A program made the translations under genes and the position numbers. Below are positions 52,803 through 62,862 of a stretch of 64,000 bases of DNA, one piece after another. Each line of letters opens with the position of its first letter. Position 1 is the stretch's first letter. The notes beneath the pieces were generated by a model. It searched no databases. It was not told the DNA's origin and saw only the letters and a list, made by a program, of their open reading frames with translations. This DNA is from Clostridia bacterium (GTDB lineage Bacteria > Bacillota > Clostridia > Christensenellales > CAG-314), in assembly GCA_017457305.1 (NCBI GenBank), contig JAFTHP010000014.1, positions 17,066-81,065 on the forward strand. The letters run 5' to 3'.

Positions 52803-54632
52803 ATGATTAAAAAACTATTAAAAGGAGCAAAAGGCTACGAAAAGCAGTCAATACTGACCGTTGTGTTGGTACTGTGCGAAACTGCGCTAGAAGTGTTGTT
52901 GCCAATTTTTATGTCCAACATTTTGAACACAATGCAGTTGTTTGGCACAGGTAGACCACTAACTCAAGGTTTGACATATCTCAACTTTGACAGCTTTCAA
53001 CTTGTAAGCTTGCAAATTGGCCAATACATAACCAAGGATATTTTGCTACACACCGTGCTAACATACGGAATTTTGATGGTGGTTAGTTCCGCATTTTCCC
53101 TTACGTTTGGTGCAGTAGCTGGCAAAATGTGCGCTATTGCAGGTTCGGGCTTTTCCAAGAATATTCGTGGCAGAATCTTTGCCAAGGTGCAGGAGTTTTC
53201 CTTTGCAAACGTTGACAAGTTCTCTACAGCCAGCCTTGTAACACGCTCTACAACGGACGTTAACCATGCTCAACAATCATTTATGATGATTATCCGCACG
53301 GTAATTCGCGCTCCAGCAATGTTGGCATTTTCCATTGTAATGGCATTTGTAAATCAACCAGATATGGCTTGGGTTTTCTGCTTTGCAGTACCACTTCTTG
53401 GGTTGATTATGTTCTTCTTGAGCACAAAGGTTCATCCATTGTTCAAGGCAATGCTCAAAAAGTACGACAAAATGAACGCTTCCGTGCAGGAAAACCTTGT
53501 GGCAATACGTGTAGTTAAGGCTTTTGTTAGGGAAGATTACGAACAAGACAAGTACCTTCAAGCTACCGAAGACGTTCGCAAAGCCCAACACCGTGCCGAA
53601 AAGTTGATGATTGCTATGAACCCACTTACAAGTTGTGTAATGTACGGAACAATGATTGCATTGCTTATTGTTGGTGGTGCAGATATCGTTGTTGGCAATA
53701 TCCAATCGGGTACACTAACCGCTATGATGAGCTACAGTACACAAATCTTGTCGTCTGTTATGATGATTTGCTTCATTGCTGTACAACTTGTTATGAGCCG
53801 TGCTTCCATTGACCGTATCTTTGAAGTGTTGGAAGAACAACCAACCATCCAAGGTGCGCAAAACGACTATGTTGTGGAAAACGGTGATATTCAGTTTGTA
53901 AACGTAGATTTTTCTTACTCCAACAATCCAGATAACTTGACGCTAGAAGATATCAATTTGCATATCAAGAGCGGTCAAACTGTAGGTATCATTGGTGGTA
54001 CTGGTGACGGAAAATCCAGCTTGGTACAACTAATTCCACGTTTCTACGATACTCTAAATGGTCAACTTTTGGTTGGCGGAAGGGACGTAAAGGACTACTC
54101 CTTGTACAACCTGCGCGAAGGCGTAAGTATGGTGTTGCAAAAGAACGTTTTGTTCAGCGGTTCAATCAGACAAAACCTTTTGTGGGGAAATCCAGATGCC
54201 ACACAGGAAGAGATTGAAGCTGCTTGCAAGGCGGCTTGTGCTCACGAATTTATCACAGCTTCTCCAGATGGATACGAAACCGACCTTGGACAAGGCGGTG
54301 TAAACGTTTCTGGCGGACAAAAGCAACGTTTGTGCATTGCTCGTGCCCTACTCAAAAAGCCCAAGATTATGATTTTGGACGACTCTACAAGTGCGGTTGA
54401 CACAGCAACTGACGCGCAAATTCGTGCTGGACTTAAACAGCTAGATGACAGTATGACTGTTATCATCATTGCGCAACGTATTTCTTCTGTGGAAGACTGC
54501 GACCAAATTGTCGTTTTGGATGACGGCAAGATTAGTGCAGTTGGCACGCACGAACAACTACTACAAACCTCATCAATCTATCAAGAGGTGTACAAGTCTC
54601 AACAAAAAGGTGCACAAGGGGGTGAGCAATAA
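52803..54632 (+). CDS. ABC exporter, fused permease/ATPase (half of a heterodimer)
   Basis: 609 aa. Six-TM domain, Walker A GGTGDGKSS, signature VSGGQKQR and Walker B IMILDD. Confidence 0.9.
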   Translation: MIKKLLKGAKGYEKQSILTVVLVLCETALEVLLPIFMSNILNTMQLFGTGRPLTQGLTYLNFDSFQLVSLQIGQYITKDILLHTVLTYGILMVVSSAFSLTFGAVAGKMCAIAGSGFSKNIRGRIFAKVQEFSFANVDKFSTASLVTRSTTDVNHAQQSFMMIIRTVIRAPAMLAFSIVMAFVNQPDMAWVFCFAVPLLGLIMFFLSTKVHPLFKAMLKKYDKMNASVQENLVAIRVVKAFVREDYEQDKYLQATEDVRKAQHRAEKLMIAMNPLTSCVMYGTMIALLIVGGADIVVGNIQSGTLTAMMSYSTQILSSVMMICFIAVQLVMSRASIDRIFEVLEEQPTIQGAQNDYVVENGDIQFVNVDFSYSNNPDNLTLEDINLHIKSGQTVGIIGGTGDGKSSLVQLIPRFYDTLNGQLLVGGRDVKDYSLYNLREGVSMVLQKNVLFSGSIRQNLLWGNPDATQEEIEAACKAACAHEFITASPDGYETDLGQGGVNVSGGQKQRLCIARALLKKPKIMILDDSTSAVDTATDAQIRAGLKQLDDSMTVIIIAQRISSVEDCDQIVVLDDGKISAVGTHEQLLQTSSIYQEVYKSQQKGAQGGEQ

Positions 54633-56581
54633 TGGCAGGTCCTGGTAACAGAAGAGGCATGGGTGCTATGAAACCCAAAAATCTCAAAGGAACAGTAGTC
54701 AGACTAATTGGTTACCTCAAGCCCCACACAGCCAAGATGATTCTTGTATTTGTGTGCATCGGCTTGCAAACAATTTGCAACCTTATGGCAACAAGCTTGC
54801 TAACGCCACTGCTCAATGGCCTTTCCGCCGTTGATACTTCCGTCAAATTGACAGGTATTGCGGCGCTAGATAACCTTGCTTACACAGGTGGAACGGATGG
54901 CAAATTGACCTATCTAGGAATAATGGTGGCAATCATTGCAACAATCTACGTGCTATCATTGTCCATCAACTATCTTCTTAACCGCACTCTAATTGGCATT
55001 TCTACCACAACAATGAAGACTATGCGTAACCAGCTGTTTGCGCATATGCAAAAGTTGCCTATCAAGGTGTTCGATTCTACCACCCACGGCGAACTTATGA
55101 CTCGTTACACCAACGATATTGATATGATGAACGAGTTCATTGCTAGATGCATCCCACAAATGGTTAGTAGCGTGCTGACAATCATTGGTGTATTTACCGT
55201 TATGTTCATCAAGAGCTGGGCACTTACATTGGTTATGATTGTGATGCTAGTTATCATGTTCTTTGTTGTAAAGTCACTTGGTGGCAAGTCCAAAACAAAC
55301 TTTGTTGCTCAACAACAAACTGTGGGCAAGCTCAACGGATACATTGAGGAACTTATCGAAGGACAAAAGGTAGTAAAAGCCTTCAACCATGAAGAAATTG
55401 CCATTGCCGAGTTTGACAAGATAAACAGTCAATGGCAACAAGTTAGCGCCAAAGCTAATGGCTATGCTAACATGATGGGCCCCATCATGAATAACCTTTC
55501 TCACTTCTTCTATGCAGGCATTGCTGTAATGGGCGCAGTTATTGCTATCAACAGTGATCAACCTTTGGCTTACGTTGGCATTGTAGCGGCATTTTTGCTA
55601 TACATCCGCAACGTAACAATGCCAATCCAACAAATTTCTCAACAAATCAACTTGGTATTTATGGCTGGTGCCGGTGGCGAAAGAGTGTTTGCTTTGCTTG
55701 ATACTCCCGAAGAAGTGGACGACGGCTACGTTACCCTTGTTTACGCCAACGTGGATGAACAAGGCAACATCACCGAAAGTGACGTAAGAACAGGTCATTG
55801 GGCGTGGAAGCATCCTCACGGCGATGGCACAGTAACCTACACCTTGTTGCGTGGTGACGTTCGCTTTGAAGATGTAACCTTTGGCTATGTGGAAGAAAAG
55901 ACCGTTTTGCACAACGTATCTTTGTATGCAAAACCTGGTCAAAAGATTGCCTTTGTAGGCTCCACAGGTGCAGGAAAAACAACAATCACCAACCTAATCA
56001 ACCGATTCTACGATGTTCCAGATGGAAAAATTCGCTATGACGGAATAAACATTACCAAGATTAAGAAAGCGGACTTGCGCAGATCTTTGGGTATGGTTTT
56101 GCAAGATACCCACTTGTTTACTGGCACCGTTATGGAAAACATCCGCTACGGAAGATTGGATGCTACTGACGAAGAATGTATTGCTGCGGCAAAATCTGCC
56201 AACGCACACCAATTTATCAAGCACTTGCCACAGGGCTACGATACGTTGCTAACACGTGACGGCGAAAACCTTTCTCAAGGACAACGTCAACTTATTGCCA
56301 TTGCCCGTGCGGCAGTTGCCGATCCACCAGTGCTAATTTTGGACGAAGCAACAAGCAGTATCGACACACGTACCGAGTGGCTAATTGAAAAGGGTATGGA
56401 TGCTTTAATGGAAGGTCGCACAACCTTTGTCATTGCGCACCGCCTATCCACAGTTCGCAACAGCGATGCCATCATGGTGTTGGAAAAGGGCGTTATCATC
56501 GAACGCGGTGACCACGACGACCTAATTGCGCAAAAGGGTAAGTATTATCAACTTTACACAGGTATGTTCGAGTTGAGCTAA
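54632..56581 (+). CDS. ABC exporter, fused permease/ATPase (second half)
   Basis: 649 aa. Walker A GSTGAGKTT, signature LSQGQRQL and Walker B VLILDEATS. Start and stop overlap with the first half. Confidence 0.9.
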   Translation: MAGPGNRRGMGAMKPKNLKGTVVRLIGYLKPHTAKMILVFVCIGLQTICNLMATSLLTPLLNGLSAVDTSVKLTGIAALDNLAYTGGTDGKLTYLGIMVAIIATIYVLSLSINYLLNRTLIGISTTTMKTMRNQLFAHMQKLPIKVFDSTTHGELMTRYTNDIDMMNEFIARCIPQMVSSVLTIIGVFTVMFIKSWALTLVMIVMLVIMFFVVKSLGGKSKTNFVAQQQTVGKLNGYIEELIEGQKVVKAFNHEEIAIAEFDKINSQWQQVSAKANGYANMMGPIMNNLSHFFYAGIAVMGAVIAINSDQPLAYVGIVAAFLLYIRNVTMPIQQISQQINLVFMAGAGGERVFALLDTPEEVDDGYVTLVYANVDEQGNITESDVRTGHWAWKHPHGDGTVTYTLLRGDVRFEDVTFGYVEEKTVLHNVSLYAKPGQKIAFVGSTGAGKTTITNLINRFYDVPDGKIRYDGINITKIKKADLRRSLGMVLQDTHLFTGTVMENIRYGRLDATDEECIAAAKSANAHQFIKHLPQGYDTLLTRDGENLSQGQRQLIAIARAAVADPPVLILDEATSSIDTRTEWLIEKGMDALMEGRTTFVIAHRLSTVRNSDAIMVLEKGVIIERGDHDDLIAQKGKYYQLYTGMFELS

Positions 56582-56605
56582 AACCTTTTGTGGTAATCAA
56601 ATAAA

Positions 56606-56648
56606 ATAAAAAAGCGACTAGTTTGTCTAGTCGCTTTTATTTTTTTTT
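56606..56648. terminator. Bidirectional terminator between the ABC genes and pfp
   Basis: 11-bp stem AAAGCGACTAG/CTAGTCGCTTT flanked by A- and T-runs. Confidence 0.8.
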
Positions 56649-56649
56649 G

Positions 56650-57879
56650 TTACAGTTTGATTTCTACCAATGGTAGGTCAAGTTGATAGTACTGTGGCAT
56701 ACCATTTTTGTAGTGTTGTGGCACTTCTCCTTGAACAAGTGGTAGTGCGTATGTTACAAAGTCATCCGTTATGCCGTTGCCTTGTTCGTTGATGTATTTG
56801 TCTGGAACAATTTGTACGGCATTTGCAATGTTATCTATGTCTTTTAGTTGTAACGAAATGTGGTATTGACTGTCCCTAAACATGGAAACCATTTTGCAGG
56901 TGTGTCCTTGGGTTGCCATTTGTAGTGCAAATACGCCACAGTTGTAGGCTTCTTGTGCGTCAGCGGCGGAAGAAATGTGGGCACTACATCTTTGCAAAAG
57001 GTTTAGTTCAATGTGTCTAACGGGTAAGGATAGTTGCTCGCTGATGATATCGCACAACGTTTGCGCAACGCCACCTAGTTGTGTGTGACCAAAACTGTCG
57101 TTTTTGTTTTGGGCAACTGTTTTAAGGATATATTGACCGTTGGCATCCCTAATTCCTTCACTAACGGCAACAAGCACCTTTTGCTTTTTGTTGTATATTG
57201 CTTGTACGTCTTGCAAAAAGCTGTTCAAGTCAAATGGCCTTTCGGGTAGATAAATTAGGTCAACTGGAGTGTTGGAAAGATCTGCTAGCTTGCAGGCTGC
57301 AGTTAGCCAACCGGCGTTTCTTCCCATAACTTCCACAATGGTAACACGACCTTTTTTGTAGCTGTTTGTGTCCACGTATATCTCGCTGATGGTGGTAGAC
57401 ACAAATTTTGCCGCAGAGCCAAATCCTGGGGTGTGGTCGGTGCCTTGTAGGTCGTTGTCTATTGTTTTAGGCACGCCAATAACGTTGCAACTGAAGTTTG
57501 TTTTTGCAAAGTAGTTTGCCACCTTGTTGCAAGTATCCATGCTGTCGTTACCGCCAATATAGAAAAAGCAATCAATGCCCAAGCTTTCAAATACCTTTTG
57601 GATATGCTGGTAAGTTTCGGGATCTTGTTCTGTACTTTTTAGTTGGTGTCTGCCCGAGCCAAGTGCTGCGCCTGGGGTGGACATTAGCAGTTGAAGTTGG
57701 TCGTGTGTTTGGTTGGTCAATTCTACAATGCGATGGTTTAGCACTCCTTCAATGCCGTTCAATGCGCCGTAGATGTGTTCAAACCCCATCCTTTTTGCTT
57801 CTTCCACAATGCCTAGCAATGTGCAATTGATTACTGCTGTTGGGCCGCCCGATTGGGCAATAATGCAGGATTTATTCAA
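56650..57879 (-). CDS. pfp: Pyrophosphate-dependent 6-phosphofructokinase
   Basis: The PFK fold has GGNDS in place of GGDGS and PKTIDND in place of PGTIDND. This Asp/Lys pair is diagnostic of PPi dependence. The start is uncertain: I prefer the TTG at 57879 (MNKSCIIAQSGGPT, with a GGGGG run 8 nt upstream) over the track's TTG at 57894. Confidence 0.8.
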   Translation of the reverse strand: MNKSCIIAQSGGPTAVINCTLLGIVEEAKRMGFEHIYGALNGIEGVLNHRIVELTNQTHDQLQLLMSTPGAALGSGRHQLKSTEQDPETYQHIQKVFESLGIDCFFYIGGNDSMDTCNKVANYFAKTNFSCNVIGVPKTIDNDLQGTDHTPGFGSAAKFVSTTISEIYVDTNSYKKGRVTIVEVMGRNAGWLTAACKLADLSNTPVDLIYLPERPFDLNSFLQDVQAIYNKKQKVLVAVSEGIRDANGQYILKTVAQNKNDSFGHTQLGGVAQTLCDIISEQLSLPVRHIELNLLQRCSAHISSAADAQEAYNCGVFALQMATQGHTCKMVSMFRDSQYHISLQLKDIDNIANAVQIVPDKYINEQGNGITDDFVTYALPLVQGEVPQHYKNGMPQYYQLDLPLVEIKL

Positions 57880-58117
57880 GGTAACAACCCCCAAAATGAT
57901 ATATTGCTATCATTATATCGTATTTTTGGCTTTTTTACAATACAAAAAGGGATATTGAATAAAAATCAGATAAAGCAAATATTGGTTATTGTGTATATTA
58001 TTGTGCTAATAAACAAATAGTGTTGAAAATATATCAAAAAAGTAGTATAATATTATTACAAACCACTCACAGTTGTTGAAATTTACAGCATTTTTTTTGT
58101 GCAAAAAGGAGCCTAGT

Positions 58118-58882
58118 ATGTTTATACATAGCAGAGCAGTACTAAATCATTTGGTACAAAATGTAAAAAAAATAAGTCGATTTGTAAACGTTTGCGTTCA
58201 AATCTTCTTTTTGATTTTCTACGTTTTTGAAATAATAACAAACTACGGCAATCACGTTCGCTTTGTTGCATATATTGTGTTGCTAACACTTAGTATGGTG
58301 GCATTTATTGTTGGTTTTGGTGGAAAATCTAAGAAAAAGATTAAAAAAGTGATTCGTTTTTGCAAATATCCCATCAATTTGTCACTTATTGTGTTAACAC
58401 TTATCAGCATCTTCAACAACGAAGTAAGCGACCTAAAGATTATTCTAACAGGAATAACAGTGTTGTCCTTTATTGCAAATATTGCCACAGAGTACATCCG
58501 TTGGTTTGTGGAAATGTACGTAAAAATGTTCAAAACGTCCATCGACCTAGATTGGCAAATTGCGCAGGAAAAGTTCCATATTAAGGACGGCAGATTGTCA
58601 CTATTTGATATTCCCCAAATGCTCGCAAACAAAATCCAAGCGCCAGAGCCAACAGAGCCTACTGCAGAGCAACAACGTATAATTGAGCTAAGCCGAGATT
58701 TTAGACAGGGTGTTGAGGAACGCAACAGAGCAAAACAAGCGGAGCTAAAACAAAAGCGCAAGGAGCGTCGTGACCAAAATTGGCAAATTATCCGCCAAAA
58801 ATTGTTTGGTAACAAACGAAAAAAGAAGGCACCAAATGCCCTTCCGCCAGCAGAGGACGACACAACAACTGACAACAAATAA
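58118..58882 (+). CDS. Membrane protein with a Lys/Arg/Glu-rich C-terminal tail
   Basis: ORF trimmed to MFIHSRAVLNH (AAGGAG RBS). About 4 TM segments and a charged tail (...RNRAKQAELKQKRKERRDQ...). Confidence 0.65.
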   Translation: MFIHSRAVLNHLVQNVKKISRFVNVCVQIFFLIFYVFEIITNYGNHVRFVAYIVLLTLSMVAFIVGFGGKSKKKIKKVIRFCKYPINLSLIVLTLISIFNNEVSDLKIILTGITVLSFIANIATEYIRWFVEMYVKMFKTSIDLDWQIAQEKFHIKDGRLSLFDIPQMLANKIQAPEPTEPTAEQQRIIELSRDFRQGVEERNRAKQAELKQKRKERRDQNWQIIRQKLFGNKRKKKAPNALPPAEDDTTTDNK

Positions 58883-58915
58883 GCTATCAAGCAAATACAA
58901 GTAATAGATACAAAA

Positions 58916-58950
58916 AAGGTCGCAAGATATTTCTTGCGACCTTTGATTTT
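58916..58950. terminator. Terminator hairpin between convergent genes
   Basis: 12-bp stem AAGGTCGCAAGA/TCTTGCGACCTT followed by TGATTTTT. Confidence 0.75.
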
Positions 58951-58997
58951 TACTTATTAGTATTGTTTAAGTGTTAAAGTAATGCACTTTAGTAGCC

Positions 58998-59798
58998 TTA
59001 CTCTGCTTGTTGTGTGCTTTCGGCACTTTCTTCAACAGCAGTATTTTCCGCTTCTACGATGTCGTTTTGTGTAGATTGTTGATCTTTGCTTAGGATGTGT
59101 TCGTCCAGCAATGTATTGATTTGTTGACGGAAGTTTTCCGCAATTTGGTCACGATCCATTTCGGGGTAATCGGCTAACTTAGTAGGCTTTCCAATTACCA
59201 TTGTATTGCTCTTTTTGTGGAAGTAAACTGGGTAAATGGGAACGTCTTGTTTGTTTACTCTTCTGTATTGTTGAGCTAGCATAACAAAACCGGGGAAGAA
59301 GCCTGTTAGTACTTCATGGTATCCTGTGGATGAGTCTTCGGGGAAAACAGTTACACAAACGTCGTTGTTTAGGCACTTTACGCTGTTGTGGATAGTTGCA
59401 CGCAATCTGCCATCGGTAAATGTTGGCAAAATTTTCATTCCTCTGTAAAAGAAAATGGAAAACAATGCTTCAAATCCTGCAATGATTGTTGCAGGGAACT
59501 TTTTCATGTGGCGCTTTTGCATAAAGTACACGTCACGCAAGTAGTGGAATCGGCTGTTGTAGTTGCCTAGCATTTGTCCTGCCCCCCAAATGGTTGTAAA
59601 GGCGGGTAGATACAGCGAGTAAACAACTGGTCCGTTCATTGCTGAGTGGTTTGCTACAAATATTGCTTTGCTGGGTAGTTCGCCTTCGTTTAGGTTGATG
59701 ATGGTGGGTTTTTTGTAGAACCACTTTAGCACTCCACCTACAACCTTCCATACTGGTTGACGACGGCTTGGAACGACAAATTCTTTTTTCTTGCCCAT
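58998..59798 (-). CDS. PlsC-like (lysophospholipid) acyltransferase family protein with an atypical catalytic box
   Basis: ORF trimmed to MGKKKEFVVPS (GGAG RBS). FVANHSAMNGP sits where NHxxxxD is expected, and VTVFPEDSSTG resembles the FPEGT block. Confidence 0.5.
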   Translation of the reverse strand: MGKKKEFVVPSRRQPVWKVVGGVLKWFYKKPTIINLNEGELPSKAIFVANHSAMNGPVVYSLYLPAFTTIWGAGQMLGNYNSRFHYLRDVYFMQKRHMKKFPATIIAGFEALFSIFFYRGMKILPTFTDGRLRATIHNSVKCLNNDVCVTVFPEDSSTGYHEVLTGFFPGFVMLAQQYRRVNKQDVPIYPVYFHKKSNTMVIGKPTKLADYPEMDRDQIAENFRQQINTLLDEHILSKDQQSTQNDIVEAENTAVEESAESTQQAE

Positions 59799-59974
59799 GT
59801 AAAAATCTCCGTTAATTGTTATTGGTTGTTTTATGTAAAACACCTATTTATTATACTATATTATGGTCCAAGTGTAAACAATAGTTAACATTTATTGTCT
59901 AAAATTTACATAAAACATGGGCAACATGTTATACTTGTGTTGCCCATATGATATATTTTGTGTATTTTAGATTG

Positions 59975-60856
59975 TTATTGTGTAACTTCTTTGCCAAAGC
60001 AAAACGCAGCAAGTGTTCCTGGACCAGCTGTTGCACCAATGATTGGTCCAATGCGTTCAAACAAGATTTCTACTTTTTCGGGTAAAGCAGCTTCTATACG
60101 TTGTTTTAGGTCAAGAGCTTCTTCTTCGCAGTCGGCATGAGCTACAACAACTGTTTGGTAGGGGCTACTTTCGTATGCTTCGGTGAGCATGGTAACAAGG
60201 CGTCTGATGGAAGAACGGCGGCCTTTTACCTTTTCGATAGCTTTGTTGTTGCCTTCTCTGTCGGAAATTACAATTGGTTTGATATCTAGTAGTCCGCCAA
60301 AGATTGCGCTAGTAGCAGATACTCTGCCTGCACGGCGGAAGTAACTTAGAGAGTCTACTGTGCAAAATTGGTGGAAACGAAGTTTGTTTTCTTCAATCCA
60401 AGCGGCAACTTCTTCAATGGTTTTGCCTTCTGCACGCAATTTTGATGCGGTGATGCAAATAAGGCCAAGACCAAAGCAAGCATTTAGGCTGTCAATACAA
60501 ATGATTTTGCTATCGGGATATTTTTGTAGCAATTGGTCGCGTACTTGGTAGCTACCCTTTACGGATGCGGATAGGGCAGAAGAGCAAGAAATTGATAAAA
60601 TATCGTAGCCATCGTTTATGTATTGTTCAAAGCGTTCGGTATATTCTTCGCGGTTGATTTGGGAAGTCATAAAACGTGTTCCGTTGCGCATCAGCTTGTA
60701 GAACTCTTTGTAGTCAATGTATTCCCAATCTAGGCTTGCTGGCAAATCCTTGTCATCCCAAATGGTGTGCATGGGGATGTAGTCAATGTCAAATCTGCTG
60801 CGTAGGTTTTCGTTAAGATCGCTGCAGCTATCTGTTACAATTACAAATTTTTTCAT
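59975..60856 (-). CDS. DegV-family fatty-acid-binding protein
   Basis: 293 aa. MKKFVIVTDSCSDL and the overall DegV layout. Confidence 0.85.
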   Translation of the reverse strand: MKKFVIVTDSCSDLNENLRSRFDIDYIPMHTIWDDKDLPASLDWEYIDYKEFYKLMRNGTRFMTSQINREEYTERFEQYINDGYDILSISCSSALSASVKGSYQVRDQLLQKYPDSKIICIDSLNACFGLGLICITASKLRAEGKTIEEVAAWIEENKLRFHQFCTVDSLSYFRRAGRVSATSAIFGGLLDIKPIVISDREGNNKAIEKVKGRRSSIRRLVTMLTEAYESSPYQTVVVAHADCEEEALDLKQRIEAALPEKVEILFERIGPIIGATAGPGTLAAFCFGKEVTQ

Positions 60857-61112
60857 ACTTCTCTCCTTTGTAAAAGTGTTTGGATAGAGTTATCATTGTG
60901 ATAAATCATTGTGGGTATTATATATTGGTTTGGTAAACTAATTGTAAATTTGGGGGCTAACTTTGTGTAAACTTTTGTTTGTTGCACACAAATTTTTAGG
61001 TAAAGTATTTACCTAATGTTTTTTTTGTATTATAATATATATTGATATCGTATGACCATTATGCCAACAAAATGATATCATTGCGAATTTTGTTTGTTCG
61101 CAGGAGGTAAAA

Positions 61113-61790
61113 ATGTTTAATGTTTTGGTTGTAGAAGATGACAAAAACACGCGAAAATTACTATCTGCAATACTATCCAACAACGGCTACAACGTACTAA
61201 CTGCAACGGATGGCGAGGATGCTTTGTCCGTTTTGGAACACAGCCACGTTGACCTTATGGTAATTGACGTTATGATGCCCAAGATGGACGGCTACGAGCT
61301 AACTGCAACGTTGCGTGATGCTGGCAGTCAAATTCCCATGCTGATGCTATCTGCCAAGCAACAAGTGGCGGATATCAAGCAAGGATTTTTGGTTGGCATT
61401 GATGATTATCTTACAAAACCATTCGACTTTGAAGAGCTTTTGTTGCGTATCAAGGCGCTAATGCGTCGCTCCAAGATTGTAAACGAGCACCGCCTAACCG
61501 TTGGCAACACCGTGCTGGATTACAAATCTTATACAGTTATAACCCCCGAGTCCACCGAAACCTTGCCACAAAAGGAATTTTTGCTACTGTTCAAGTTGCT
61601 TTCCTACCCTAACGTAGTGTTTACGCGCTTGCAACTTATGGATGAAATTTGGGGTATGGATGCCGAAAGTGACGAGCATACAGTCAACGTGCACATCAAC
61701 AGATTGCGTACGCGTTTTGCTGGCAACAAAGATTTTCAAATTGTCACACTAAGGGGACTAGGATACAAGGCGGTAAAAACAGGTGAGTAA
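61113..61790 (+). CDS. OmpR-family response regulator
   Basis: 225 aa. Receiver domain (VVEDD...DLMVIDVMMPKMDG...K) plus winged-helix output (VNVHINRLRTRF). Confidence 0.9.
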   Translation: MFNVLVVEDDKNTRKLLSAILSNNGYNVLTATDGEDALSVLEHSHVDLMVIDVMMPKMDGYELTATLRDAGSQIPMLMLSAKQQVADIKQGFLVGIDDYLTKPFDFEELLLRIKALMRRSKIVNEHRLTVGNTVLDYKSYTVITPESTETLPQKEFLLLFKLLSYPNVVFTRLQLMDEIWGMDAESDEHTVNVHINRLRTRFAGNKDFQIVTLRGLGYKAVKTGE

Positions 61791-62823
61791 AAGGACTAAA
61801 AAGGGATTTTCCTCCCGCACACTTACATTTCGTATAATTTTGGGCTTTTTTGCACTTTTTGTTGTTACTGCGGCGCTGTCCTTTTCCGTTGTTGTATCCT
61901 TTGAAAAGTATTACCCACTTGACGACGAAGACAGCTTGCTGTTGTTTGCGTTGGTAGTGCTAGGCATAAGCGTAATTTTGGGTGTAGCCTTGTCGGTGTT
62001 GTACACTCGCTTGCTTATCAACTCCACAGCGCCCTACGTAAAAGCTCTGCAAAAGGTTAGAGATTGTGATTTTACCGTTCGCGTAAAGGAAACGGCACTT
62101 TTTGGCGACTTGAAGATTGCAGATAACTTCAATAACATGGTTGAGCAACTTGCCAGTGTAGAAACTTTGCGCGAAAGCTTTGTAAGTGACTTTTCGCACG
62201 AGTTCAAAACCCCCATTGTGTCCATCGAAGGGTTTGCAAAACTGCTCAAAGATCCCAATTTGTCTGCCGAAGAGCGCAACGAATATTTGGACGTTATATT
62301 GTCGGAATCAAAACGTCTAGTTGAACTGTCAGAAAGCGTGCTTATGCTAACTCGCCTTGATAGCCAAAAGATTGTGTTGGAAAAGTACAGGCTTGACGAA
62401 CAGCTTCGCCAATGCGTGCTTTTGTTCGACCAAAGTGCAACCGAGCAAGGCATTGAACTGGACCTAGATTTGGAAGAAGAAATCGTGGTCAATGGCGCAA
62501 TAAATCTCAACAAACAAATTTGGGTAAATTTGCTATCCAATGCACTAAAGTTTACTCCAACTGGTGGAAAGATTTCTTTGTCGGCACATATCACAAACGG
62601 CAGACCAACTGTCGTTATTAGTGATAACGGTTGCGGTATGGACGAAGAAACACAAAAGAATATATTTAACAAGTTTTATCAAGGCGATGCATCTAGAACA
62701 ACACCGGGTAACGGATTGGGATTGTCCATTGTAAAGAAAATATTGGATATTACCCAAGGTCAAATATACGTGGATAGCATCGTTGGCAAAGGCAGTACGT
62801 TTACTGTTGTACTAAAAAATTAA
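61783..62823 (+). CDS. Sensor histidine kinase with a minimal extracellular loop (intramembrane-sensing type)
   Basis: 346 aa. Two TM segments separated by about 11 residues, H-box FSHEFKTPI, N-box LLSNALKFTP, G-boxes DNGCGM and GNGLGLSIV. Confidence 0.85.
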   Translation: MSKRTKKGFSSRTLTFRIILGFFALFVVTAALSFSVVVSFEKYYPLDDEDSLLLFALVVLGISVILGVALSVLYTRLLINSTAPYVKALQKVRDCDFTVRVKETALFGDLKIADNFNNMVEQLASVETLRESFVSDFSHEFKTPIVSIEGFAKLLKDPNLSAEERNEYLDVILSESKRLVELSESVLMLTRLDSQKIVLEKYRLDEQLRQCVLLFDQSATEQGIELDLDLEEEIVVNGAINLNKQIWVNLLSNALKFTPTGGKISLSAHITNGRPTVVISDNGCGMDEETQKNIFNKFYQGDASRTTPGNGLGLSIVKKILDITQGQIYVDSIVGKGSTFTVVLKN

Positions 62824-62862
62824 CGTTACATTTGCAACTACAACATACAAAAGGATTTGTTT

